Shown piece after piece: positions 26,605 to 38,831 of a stretch of DNA of 64,000 nucleotides. A model generated the notes under the pieces. The model was not told the origin of the DNA. It did no database searches and saw only the letters and a program-made list of their open reading frames with translations. Numbering within the stretch: the first letter of the stretch is position 1; every line of letters begins with the position of its first letter. The translations under genes and the position numbers were made by a program. Source of the stretch: Octopus sinensis (taxonomy: Eukaryota); the NCBI RefSeq assembly GCF_006345805.1, contig NC_043006.1, forward strand, positions 87,916,001 to 87,980,000, read 5' to 3'.

Positions 26605-28599
26605 CTTGGCATAATGTTTGTAAATTAACATCACTCCCATGCAGGGGGATGTCATTCATTTCCAATTCGTATAAGATTTGACTAACCTTGAAGAAATATT
26701 ACCTTGCTTAGAAACAGTTGGTCACAGGAAGGGCATCCAGCCATAGAAAGCTTGTCTTGCCCATGCAAGCATGTAAAAGTAGATGTTAAACAATTGATAA
26801 AAATTATGAGCCTTTGTTATAATGGCTTCATCTAAGAGCCATTCCAGTGCATGGGGTGTGTCACTCTACTTTCTACTATTAGTCATGTTATTCATATCTC
26901 ACTGGCACCCCATATATATCATAATTACGCTACTATTATGAGATATCATAATTACACTGATTTTATGATATACTGCAATCTCAAAGATATCATGGTATAT
27001 AAGAATTAAAGTGATTCTATTCCATACTATCCTCATGGGAACGGATTCAGTCATAAATCTGTTGAACAACCAATATTCAAATTTCATAACTTCTCTTATA
27101 ACAGGTTAGTGTGGTAGCAGCAATTATGGGATAAACTCTCTTGACTCTTCAAACAAATGACTGATACATTATCCACTTGGCTATAACAACTTCTCATTGC
27201 AATGTTATTAAGCACTAAAATGACCAAATACTACTAAATTTGTCTCAATTATTGGCTGTATGGATGCTTCATATTCACTAACTATAAATAATTCAATAAT
27301 AAAAATAATAGAAGTTACAACTGTAATTTATCATTTTCTAGACATTACAGATATACAGTAAAATAAACGGGAATCAATCTAATAATTTAGTCGAGCTAGA
27401 AATATTGAAATCTGTCTTTGATAGTAAAACATATATATAGAAATACCCATTTTATACTTTATAAATAAATTTGTAATTTTCATTTGCATTACCACGTCTT
27501 AATTATAAACCTTTAAATTTTTCAAGAATGCAAATAGATCTATAAAAAAGAACCAGGAATTCTATCCCTAATAACAGTATGTAAGAAACACTATTACAGC
27601 AATACTATAGCCACTAATGAAGTGAATAGTTGTTCTAAATATAAGAAATATGTTTAATATAAATATCTATTATTTATGGCTCCAAAGATAATAAATAAGT
27701 AAAATCCCTTGATAGGTTTCTTCTATTGCAGAGCAGTCATCCATTTGACAGAATAGAAATAAATATATCGAGAAATCTTCCACATACCTATATTGCAAAG
27801 AGACTTCCAAAATACCATTACCACCAAAATATAGAACAAGTCAGAAACAAATTATAATATGGAGATCCCTTTGTATTAAGAATTCGATGTTGAAACATTT
27901 TTTTAATTCAACATTCTTGACAACTAGTCTATCTATCTCTCCTGACCTACCTATACACTTCCATACAAATATGCATACACTTTCATCCCATGCTAGCATG
28001 GAAAACAGACGCTAAACGATGATGATGATGATGATGATGATGATATATATATATATATATCTTCAAACTAATTACTTACCTACATATATACAAATGAATA
28101 GCAAAACTGTGCAAGACTTTCTTTAAGTTCAAGATATATAAAAGAACTCAGTACACTTGGTGAAGTGGTTGATGTTAGGAGAAGCATCTAACAATAGAAA
28201 CTGTGCCAAAACAGACATTGGAACTTGGTGATGTCCCCCTGGATCATCAGTTCATACCAAACAGTTTAAACCATGCCAGCAGGAAAAAAAAAAGGATGTT
28301 GAATGATGATGGTGAATGCTTATAATCACCATCATTTAACATCCATCTTTCATGCTGACATGGATTGGATGATTTAACAAGATCCAACAAGTCAGTAGAC
28401 TACATTGAGGTACAATGTCTATTTCAACATGGTTTCTATGGCTGGTTGCCCCTCCTAACACCAACTAATTTAAAGGGAGTACAAGGTGCTTTTTCAAGTC
28501 ACCAGCATTAATGAGATCACCAAGAAACTTGCAAGTCAAGACCTCTTTACTGAGTGGGGTTTAATATTGAGAGAGGTGGCTTTATATCAGGTGTTTAGA

Positions 28600-29090
28600 G
28601 GCAAAAGTATGATAGAAGGAGAGGAACAGGTAACTTGCTGTGGAGAAGGTATCCAGATACCTCAGCTGGAAAGAGACTGAAGAAGATGGGTTAATGAGGT
28701 GTCAGGATGTAACCTCAAGGAACAAGCAGGGCTATAGGGGCAGATGAACAGAAGTGATAGAATAGGTAGGTAAGTACACATGAGTGTAAAGTGAGCAACA
28801 GAATGGCTAGCAGGGGACACAGGTGAATGCAGTGAATGGCAAGCAAAGGATGTTTCATGGTCAGTGGTGAATATCAATTGTGGGGGAATTTGAAGAAAAT
28901 AGGAGTGGGCCAGAGAAGAGGAGGTAACTGACAGTATAAAAGGATGGAGTGGGGAACAGCATTGTAATAAAACTGATGTGGATGAGAAATAGGGAGATGA
29001 TGCAAAATGTAGGGGGAGGGAAGGTTGCACAGTTACAGAGGCTAAGATCACTGGTATGTAAGGCTGGATATGAAGAAAGAACGATGAACA
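28600..29090 (-). mobile_element. Degenerate Penelope-like (GIY-YIG region) remnant
   Basis: Weak similarity (HSVAHF..., LLQSLSS) to the PVAxHF...LIFxL C-terminus; pyrimidine-rich coding strand as at 6640-7320. Confidence 0.3.
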
Positions 29091-29679
29091 TGGGTGGTAC
29101 TTAGTTTACAGGTCTCTTTTATGAACTGCTAATTGCAGGGGTGTAAACAAACCAACACCAGTTGTTAAGTGGCAATGGGAGACAAACCCAAGGTCACATA
29201 CACATAGATGTATACATATATGTATACGATGAGTTTCTTTCAGTTTTCATCTGCTAAATCCACTTACAAGGCTTTGATTAACCTAAGATATAACAGAGGA
29301 CATTTACCCAAGGTGCCACTCAATGAAACTGAACCAAGAACCATGCAACTGAGAAGCAAATTCTGATCATACATACATTTATATATTTATGAATGCACTT
29401 ATAATGAGGTCTAGGAGTAGAAGAATGAGAAAAGGGAGAAGGGAAAAGGGAATTTTTAAAAATTTGAAGAAAATGGTTATAAAACAGGATAGCAACAGAG
29501 AATTGTGTTCTGCACAGACTATGATGGATATGCTCTTAAACATTTACAGAATAGGATCCTCTCTCTCTCTATTGCACACACACATGCACACACATGCATA
29601 TATGTGAGTTGTCCTAAAAGTAGTCATAGCTTTTTTCCTTAATTGATTTAGGTTGTTCAAATTGCTCATGTTAGTAGAT

Positions 29680-29960
29680 AAAATCTTCCTCTGTACAAAA
29701 TTTGTACTTACTATTGCCTGCATGACTGATGATACATTTTTATCATCGTCGAATCCAACTCTTACATCTTCTTTGAGAAAATTCTGGTGTATGATGTACA
29801 CATTTCTTCACAACCACTTTCACCACATTTTTATCAAATCACTATCTTTAAAGACTCTTCATTGTGTCAAAAAAGTGAAAGATGGAGGGCATCAAATCCA
29901 GTCTGTTTAGTGCATAGGTAGTCAATGACCAGCCCAGTTTGTTGACTGCATGATTTATTG
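29680..29960 (-). mobile_element. Mariner transposase C-terminal remnant
   Basis: Minus peptides LDLMPSIFHFFDTMK and PEF...IRR**KCI resemble PDLAPSDFHLFGPMK ... WDKCI. Confidence 0.5.
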
Positions 29961-30559
29961 CCAAAGATGAGTGTGATCATGCATCTTTGGCAGTAAAGCA
30001 GATGTTCTTTTCTTTATTATAATGATGCATTTAACTCTTTGGCATTAAAGAAGATGTTCTTCATTATAACAATACATTTAACCCTTTAGAATTTAGAATT
30101 TAAAGCAGAATATCCAGCCCAAATCTTCTATCTGTTGTATGCCAAGACTGAGCAAATCCAACCTGAAGATATGCCTGTGTTTCATCTCCTGTTGTGATCA
30201 TAAAAGGAAGATGTGGCTTTGTTGGTTTCAAATACTTTCAGTAAATCAGATCAGGCTTCCAACCTTGCCTCCTTCAAACAAATAAAAAATAAAAGATAAA
30301 TGTGTGTATGTGTGTTTAAGTTAAAGATCCCAGAATGCATTTACCTTGAAGCAATGTTTATCATCTCTGGGTATATATTTACTTATAATGCTTAGCAAAG
30401 GTTTGACAACATTAGAAGGAACACTTTAACTATGAGGGTGATTATATACGATTTCTTCTTGTATTTTGTCATTTAACTTTCAAGGTATTTCATACAAAAT
30501 TTTTAATAATCTGATCATATCAATATTTCTTCAGGTAAGGCCAAACTTTCAAGGTGATA

Positions 30560-31340
30560 TCAATGAGTTCCAGGACTAGTTATATTTGATGAAAAAGTAA
30601 CTTATTTACCTAAGTTTTAACATCATCTCCTTCACTTTTAGAATCTGGTTTGGTTTTCCATTAGAGGACCTTCTGCAATTTGTTCTTAATCTCAACAATA
30701 GTGTTGAAATGGCAACCTTTAAGCTGTATTTTCATCTTGAGGAAGAGATGGAACTCCACAGGTGCTAAATCTGGTGAACAGGGTGGGTGTGCAAGTGATA
30801 TCATGTTGATTTTGGCAAGAAACTCACAAGTGAGGAGAGCTCAGCGACAGGGCATATTGTTGTTGTGAAGAATCCGATTCTTCATGCTCCACAGATCTGG
30901 TCCCTTTTGCTAAACGTCCTCCCTCAAATGCTTCAAAATGTCCCTTGATTGTCTTTCAATGATCCTCATGCACAAACTGATGAATTTCTGGGGGTGACAC
31001 TTGTGGCAGGTCTTCCAAATCGCTCATCATCTTCCAGAGATGTTCTTCTGCTTTTGAAGTACCTGTGCCACTCAAAACATTGCATACAACCCATTGCATC
31101 ACCGCAGTAAGCTTGCCAAAGCATGCTCAATGTCTCTGTAGCAGACTTCCGAAGTTTTAAGGTAAAATTTCACGTTGGCTCTTTGTTCCAACTTTCTACT
31201 CATGACAAAAATCGCAGACTACAGCATAGACATGATCACAAAAACACAAATTTCACAACCTGTGAAGTAAACACAGAGATGTCGCTCAGTACACTACCTC
31301 CTAAAGGTCACTGGTAGCTCTTACGGTGCATGCAACTATG
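30560..31340 (-). mobile_element. Internally deleted mariner element
   Basis: Minus: MSRKLEQRANVKF (N-terminus), then a jump to ILHNNN and LAHPPCSPDLAPVEFHLFLKMKIQLKGCHF (HPPYSPDLAP motif). The central catalytic region is missing. Confidence 0.85.
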
Positions 31341-31577
31341 TACTGTCATCTGTTGGTGCCGCACTACAAACAAATAAAAGGAATGATTATACACCTAAAA
31401 GTAGGTGATAGAATAGAATCTTGAGTGTTATATCTACCATGTAATGTTTTTAAAGATTATAAAGATACTTTTCTTGCCACTCCCAAATGCATACTCCCAA
31501 TAAATACTGGGAAAAGTTAAGTGGCTAAAGTCAGTAAAAATATATCAGATTTCATTTTTAGCATTAAACTTTTCTTT

Positions 31578-32130
31578 CATTATGGAATAATAGCTAATCT
31601 GTCATCAAGTGGTGAAATAAAACAGATGATAAGAACTTTTGGAAATTTATGCAGTTTAATATAATGGAATTCTATCCAACCATCACTGGATATCTTCATC
31701 AAAGATCTTTAGAATTCAGTAGAAGTTTTATTCTAATTAATGATTTGGACATTGATATTGCCATGCAAGCTAGGAATTCATAGTTATTTCACAATAATTC
31801 ATTTTGAGTTAAATGTAATGCCTAAGAATTGTTTGGTGTAACCATGGGATCATATGACAAAGCTGAGGTTTATGAATTGACACAAATATACATGGGAAGA
31901 GTATTTACTTTGTTGAGTTAGGTTATGCTTTTACATATTTTCTGGGTAAAGTAAGAATTGCTCATGAACATGTTCAATGAGTCAGAGTTCAAGATCACAA
32001 GAAATGCAAATCTGTGCATAGTTACTTTCAAAGATATAACTCTAGATTTAATACTGGAAAATACTCTGTTAGAATTTGCAGAATATCTATATAAATTCCA
32101 ACTATCACCCACAATTAATTACATAAATAA
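31578..32130 (+). mobile_element. Penelope-like element RT remnant
   Basis: KFMQFNIMEFYPTIT (QFDIVEFYPSI), LFGVTMGSYDKAEVYEL (FDVTMGSYDGAEVCEL), FKITRNANLCIVTFKDITLDL (LKITIEAN..IVNFLDVTLDL); several stops. Confidence 0.85.
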
Positions 32131-32197
32131 ACATATGCAGCTTCTCCTATGATAAGTAATTTTTAAAATTGTGATGTTTTTTATTATATTGATGCAT

Positions 32198-32398
32198 TTA
32201 AACCTTTAGCATTTAAACTGGCATATCCAACCCCAAAAGCTGACCAGATCCAACTTCTAACTCCTGCCCTTTAATGTAAATCTAAAAATAACAATCTCTT
32301 CTTCAAAACCTCAAAGCTATGAGATAATGCTTGATTAATTCAAAGCAATGCAAAGAAGTATAATACTTGATTGAGAAATCTGAATGATGAAGGGTTAA
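32198..32398. mobile_element. piggyBac-like MITE
   Basis: Ends ttaaacctttagcatt ... aatgatgaagggttaa: short imperfect TIRs bounded by TTAA. A related 5' end lies at ~30078. Confidence 0.65.
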
Positions 32399-34599
32399 AG
32401 GCAATGGATTTCATAATAAAAGGCATTACAATCTGAAAAACGTTAGCATTTTTAAATGCAAAAGTAACAAGCAAAATATTATGTGGTATAATCCTCTCTA
32501 TAGTCTAAGTGTTTATTTTAACAGTGCCAGAATTTTCATAAACTTTATGAGCAAGCATTTTTTTCATTGGTCATTGATACCAAAAGATCGTTAATAAAAA
32601 TAAAATTAAAATGCACCTAAAAGCTTTACTGTTTCAATTGCTTGCCAAAAGTGAAAAAATCTTTCCAGAACAAATATACAAATTCTTCTTCTCCATGAAA
32701 TTACAACGACCCTAATATCTACTCTCTCAGAATTGTATATGTTTATAAAACATTACTTAACTGGGTTAAAGTATCCTTTGCAGACAATACTGATATGTAT
32801 ACATAGAACTTACTGGAAGTCCTTTTAAAAATGTTTCTCAAAGAATATATATAAATTCAGACACTCAGAAAGATGTCTAACCATTTCACTATCCTAAAAT
32901 ATCTCGTGTTTAAACAATGGTTGTATTAGTAATTATAAAATCGATTAGTTTATTACAAAACACATATCTTCCTATATGAATGATTTCATAAGGTGTGATT
33001 TCAGTTTTGCAGTGAAGTAGTCACCTAAGAACTAAAGAATCTGGTAGCTTAAAACTAAAAATAAATGCAAGATAAGCACAATAATATAGAGAAGATAGTT
33101 AAATATGGTAAAGAAGTTGTAGTAAGATGGCTTAAGGAGATTATATTTCCAAGAGGAAAAGAATTCAATTGAAAGTCTGTAAGAAGAATTTTAGCAACAT
33201 AAACTGGAAACAATTATTGAGAATCCCTAAAGTAAAAATTTGCATATAAGTTCAATTCAAATGAAGCATCTTATCAAAGCATGGTGGCCATGCATGATGT
33301 TAATTGATAATGAAAACAATTTACAATTATTAATTGGTTTTTGCCATTTTCTGAGTTGGCCTGAAGGACAGAGGAAATATTATTTGAAACTAAAATTTAG
33401 TTATGAGTTGTAAGAAATTAGAATAACTCTATTATCTACAATAACTTTTACAATAAAAGGGTTTGAAGCTAGGTAGAAAAAGATGTCAAACATAAATGAG
33501 AATTTTTTAAGTTTGTTGATGACAACAATACAAATATTTACATAAATGTGGTTTGTTCAAAAGCTTTCTTCTCTTGTAATTCATTAATGATATTCCATTG
33601 GTTAACTATGTACACTTTACATGTGATTACTCCATTGATGATGGTAATAATAATGATGGTCACTCCTATCAATTCTGATATATGAGTGTTTGAAAGAAAG
33701 GATTTAAAAAAAAAAGGAATTAAAACAAAAGAAGCTACATCTAATATAATTTTGAGCCTAGGTATGGATTTGGCTATGAAGTCACAATAGGGACAATGAT
33801 GATTTTGATTTTGCCTTTATTGGACAAATATGACTGTTGATTGCAGGCTATAATTCTATAATTGCTCTAGTTCTTCAACTCAAATTGTTTAGACGTATCA
33901 TGACACATTTTATGTCACTCAGATTGATCTAGGCAATGACGTTCCCTAGATGTTCAATTGAGCTATAGGAATTTTAGGGATTGTTTCAACTTATCCTTAT
34001 GCCTAAGAACAGGCTCTCCTTTACCATGGAATTGCTCTACTTGATGGCCATACAAAAGAATTTTCAGAATGTGATCATCTTGCATTCCAACAACATGTCC
34101 TGCCCATCTGCACTGAATTCTTCACAGTATGCTTTCAATACTGGAAACAACAACAACAACAACAACAACAACAATAATAATAATAACTAGCTGGACCCGT
34201 GAAAAATTCACGGAAAACATTGAAAATGTAAGCATCTGTAAACAGTGTATGGTTGCCATGTGAAATGTTTGTATATTATGACCATCTGTCTTTACGTTCT
34301 GAGTTTAAATTCTGCCAAAGTCGACTTTGCCTGTTGTCCTTTGGAGCTCGATAAATTAAGTACCAGTTGTGTGCTGGGTCGATCTAATCAACTAGCCCCT
34401 TCCACACAAAAATTTCAGGCCTAGAAAAGTATATTGTGACAGTTACAGGATATAGAAAGTAATGTAACACCAATGACTATATAATCCAACCAATATATCT
34501 CAGTTACACAAACGTAAACAGAATTACTATTTAACCTTAGAATACATCGTACATATTCAAAGAACCTTCTTGATTTAGTGGTATGGAACGTTTTTCTTT

Positions 34600-34830
34600 T
34601 ATTCTTTTACTTGTTTCACTCATTTGACTGTGGCCATGCTAGAGCACCACCCTTCAGTCGAAGAAATTGATCCCTGGACTTATTCCCTGTAAGCCTGGTG
34701 CTTATTCTATCAGTCTCTTCTGCTGAACAGCTACATTACAGAGATGCAAATGCACCAACACCGGTGTGAAGCAATGGTGGTGGTGGGACAAACACAGACA
34801 CGCACACACACACATACACATATACATACA
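34600..34830 (-). mobile_element. SINE family A 3' part
   Basis: cttttacttgtttcactcatttgactgtggccatgctagagcacc matches 50170-50360. Other copies at ~14870-14990, 29105-29370 and 46935-47280. Confidence 0.8.
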
Positions 34831-35842
34831 TACATACATGATGGGCTTGGAGGTAGTGGTGATGCTGGCTGGTGCAATTTTGTTGTTTGCTGGTATGCCG
34901 AGAGAGATTCAGCACACAATCATATACATACAAGCATACACATATGCACACACATACACAAGCACATGCCTAGAGAGAGAGAGGCAGACAGACAATATGC
35001 GCCGTATAGTCCACAACAAAGTTTTCACCTCTCTCTCTCTCCCTTCCATCCTCTCTCTCTCTCTCTCCCTCCCATCCTCTCTCTCTCTCTCTCTTCCTAC
35101 CTGTTGCTTTGCCACTGTCTGCACTCATTCTCATTTAATTGTATATATTTTAATTGTTTGTTTATTCATACGTTTCAACTCTTTTTCTCAACCTCATGGT
35201 TAATAAAGAAATTGACTGAAATCGTTTTAGTTGTCTTCAAAAGTGAAATTGACATCCAATATTTTTAGTATCTACTGTGTCTCTCACTCTCTCATTCTCT
35301 TTCACTTCCTTTGTGTCACTCTTCTCTCCCACTTTTGATTTAACAATGTGTATATGTATCTATGCATCTACTTCTCTTGCAATGAATGCCGTCACCACTC
35401 ACTGTCTCTTTCACGCTCTCTCTCTCTCTCTCTCTCTCACTTCTTCTCTATCCTCCTCTCTCTCACTTTGCCACTTTGAAGTGTGACACACACCACAGGT
35501 ACGTACAAAAACAAAAAGTTAGCATATTAATATTATTGATAATAATAATGATAATAATAATAATAATAATAATAATAATATAATAATAATAATAGCAACA
35601 ACAGCAACCATTTTTACTATAGGCAAAAGGCCTGAAATTTTGAGAGAAGAGTGACAGTCGATTGCATTGACCCTAATGTTACACTGGTACTTATTTCAAT
35701 AAACCTGAATGGATGAAAGGCAAAGTTAACCTCAGTAGTACTTGAACACGGAATGTAAAGATAGATAGAAAAAATGACACTAAGCATTTTGTCTAGTGTG
35801 CTAATGATTCTACCAGCCTGCTACTTAAATAATAATAATAAT

Positions 35843-36895
35843 GAGCACTGAGAGAGCACAAACCTCTGCGAAGGTAACACCTATGTCCTCTCAACAATTA
35901 GCTAGAGATGATTTTTAAAATTAGAATATCTGAAATTAACTCAACTGCTCTTACAAACAAGAGCGCTAAAAATAAACTCAGCCACTTTCAAAAATTAAGT
36001 TAAAAAACTGGAAAAATAATCCAGAATCCTTGTCTAGTACCTGATCGATCCCAATGGTAGTCATGAGATGTGAAGGTGGGTGTTGCAGGCCGTGTTTGTA
36101 ATGTTGTGCATGTGTAATCTGCAGTGGGAACAAGGACAGTTTTCTCTTTGAAGGCCATTTTTAGTCTGTCCACTGATATAGTGTCTTTATTACCATTAAG
36201 GTCTACAGTGAAAAATTTATCCATGAGTGAAAGGAAACGAAAAGGACCTGCATACGGTGCTGTTAACTGAAGCTTAACAACATTGATGCACACAAAAACG
36301 TGAGTCCAAGAAGTAAAACTTCTTTCAAAGCAGAGCTAGAAATGTGATTGTCAAGTAGGTAAGAGGTTTTAAACAGGAGCAATATATTCGAAATAGGTAA
36401 AACTAAAAACTGTCGAGGATAAATTAAATTTAGTACTGTTACTGAATATGTTAGTATTATTTAATTTTTGAATGGTTTTGCTGCCGTTTGTTTATGTAGT
36501 TTGATTTCTTTATCCATCAGTTTCTACTAAGATAGAGACACGAGTAAAATTGATAATAGAGAAGTGAAAATAAAACTTTAAAACAGCAACGCCACCATAA
36601 CTTACATGGAAACCATGAGCGTGCTTTCAGGGGAGATAATCAGAGAAAGACTTGAAAGTGAATGTAAGATCGTAGTACTTCATGTAAAGTAAATGTAACA
36701 AATAATCCAGAGTCCTTGTCCAGTACTGAATTGATCCCCAAATCTAATCAGTTTGTGCCAGTCACAAGGCCAAACATCTCTGAAAGTTTTATCTGAATCC
36801 ATTGAGCGGTTCTTGAGATATCTCATCCATGTACAAAAAACAAACAAACTTAACTGAAAACAATACCTCTGCCTTTGCTAAGGTGAAGGGGGTAA
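35843..36895 (+). mobile_element. Non-autonomous element (Helentron-like) split around a foreign insert
   Basis: 5' part 35843-36053 (aacctctgcgaagg...), 3' part 36700-36895 ending aatacctctgcctttgctaaggtgaagggggtaat (terminal hairpin). A ~39-bp direct repeat lies at both junctions. Confidence 0.55.
36060..36345 (-). mobile_element. Ty3/Gypsy integrase C-terminal fragment
   Basis: THVFVCINVVKLQLTAPYAGPFRFLSLMDKFFTVDLNGNKDTISVDRLKMAF contains the GPY/F motif and the downstream VSIDRLKPA consensus. Confidence 0.85.
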
Positions 36896-38740
36896 TAATA
36901 ATAATAATAATAATAATTATAATAATAATAATAATGATAATAGTAATAATAATTCCTTATATACAAATCTATCTAATAAATCTTCTCAGCAAGAAACAAT
37001 TTTTATCCACTGGCCATCAACAAAAGCATCCAGTTACACTATCTCAGAGTTTCTCTTAGTCCTATTGATCTGCTGTCTCAAAATCCTTCTAACTACCAGT
37101 GGTTGCTAAACTTTCTCTTATCCTATACTCAGTACATCTATATTACTTTTCTGATCATCATCTTAGGCTGTTTTAGTACACACAGCTCCTGCTGGCATTT
37201 GTACTTCTCCAACTCCAACTCTGCATTTGTTTATCATTCTGGACTATATGCTCTATGCTGATTTTCTTCACCAGCTCTATGCTGATTTTCTTCACAGTAA
37301 AACCATTTAATCTCTGATTGATCTGGGACATTTAAATAAATGACTAAAATATGACTGAAACAGGATGGCTTTTTCCTATTATGTCCTTTCTTATTCTTTA
37401 AGAGTTACCTGTAAATCTTCTGTAAGAAGAAATGTAACCACTTTTAAGGTAACTTACCCATCACTGCAGTACCTACAAAACAACTATGAGAAAATCAAAG
37501 GATATCTTCATGTAATACATAAGCTGAAAGCTTTTCTGCCTTCCAAATCATAGAAGAGATCTATGGCTTGTTGTTAAAAGGTTCTCCACCAAATTACTGA
37601 AATCTTTCAGTTTAGCATTTCTCAAATAAAGTGACTCTGTAAACAAGACATCTACTGAATGTTCATATGTATTCTCCATTTTGATTCTCAATCCACATTA
37701 CATGAACACTGCAAAACGTCTCCATAACCTTTCTTCTCTACAAGTCTCACTTTTCATGTACACACTGTTGCCAAGTAAAAAACTTTTCAAACTTTCCAAC
37801 TCAAAAGGGCAACTAGTCCTGACTGAATCCCTTTTATTATCCCCACCCATAGCAATCTAATCTCTTTAGACAGTACAAACTCTGAAAATTCAGAAAATCA
37901 GTCTTGTATACTATCCTTTTGTTAACAAATACAAAAACACAAAGTTACTCCAACATTGCTACAAATTCTAGGCTACATAATCTCTCCTCAAACCTATACC
38001 AAATTTACATATATACGTAATTACTGTCAAAAAGGCATCCCAAAGACTAGGATACCCCATAATATTCCCAAAATACTTTGGTACTTATCACTTGTAGACT
38101 TTATATAATAATAATTGTTGACATTAAAGTACAATTCACATATCTGGCACAGTGGTACTGCATAATGGGGAGAAAAAAATCATCCTAGAGTTCATTCAAC
38201 ATATTAACAATCTTCCCTCACTACAAACTCAAGCTTATAGACTCGGGTTTCTAATCTTTCAGTTTTACAGTTAATGCAATGACTTCTCCTCTTCTCAAAT
38301 ATCTGAGTAATCCCCATCCAACCCACTCTGCTAATAGACCAATTCATCTGACTCTCCATTCACTGTGTCTCACTTCTTGTGATAGAAAAAAAAAAAAAAA
38401 ACCCATCTGTACAGACATTCTTCCACAAATACTCAAACGGAACATCAGCTTCATCATTCTGGGAGATCCTACAAATCAAGTTCATTGGCTCCCTCTCATC
38501 TAATTAACTTATGGAGAGAAAAGCTAAATCAAATAAAAAATCTAAACTAAGGTTCACTGCCAAAAGCATTAGGGTGTTGGACAAAATACCTTGTAGAGCC
38601 CCTTATGTTTCATGCTCAAATCATGCAAATATAAATTTTGTCTTTCATCCTTTCAGTCGAAAAATAAAGTACCAGTTAAGTAGATTTATATTTCTATAAT
38701 GCCTCTCAGATGTGAATGGAACTTAAACAGAAGTTCTTAC

Positions 38741-38831
38741 TACTGTTAATAGCTGTGGTCACATTATATTTCACAAAAAAACTGTAGAGGAATAAATCAA
38801 AGGAGAAGAAAGTGGGTACATTTATTTCTGC
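38741..38831 (-). CDS. Candidate internal exon, AEINVPTFFSFDLFLYSFFVKYNVTTAINS
   Basis: Acceptor ccctctctaacttacag with a ctaac branch-like motif, donor gtaaga, 91 nt, one open frame. No recognised homology. Confidence 0.25.
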
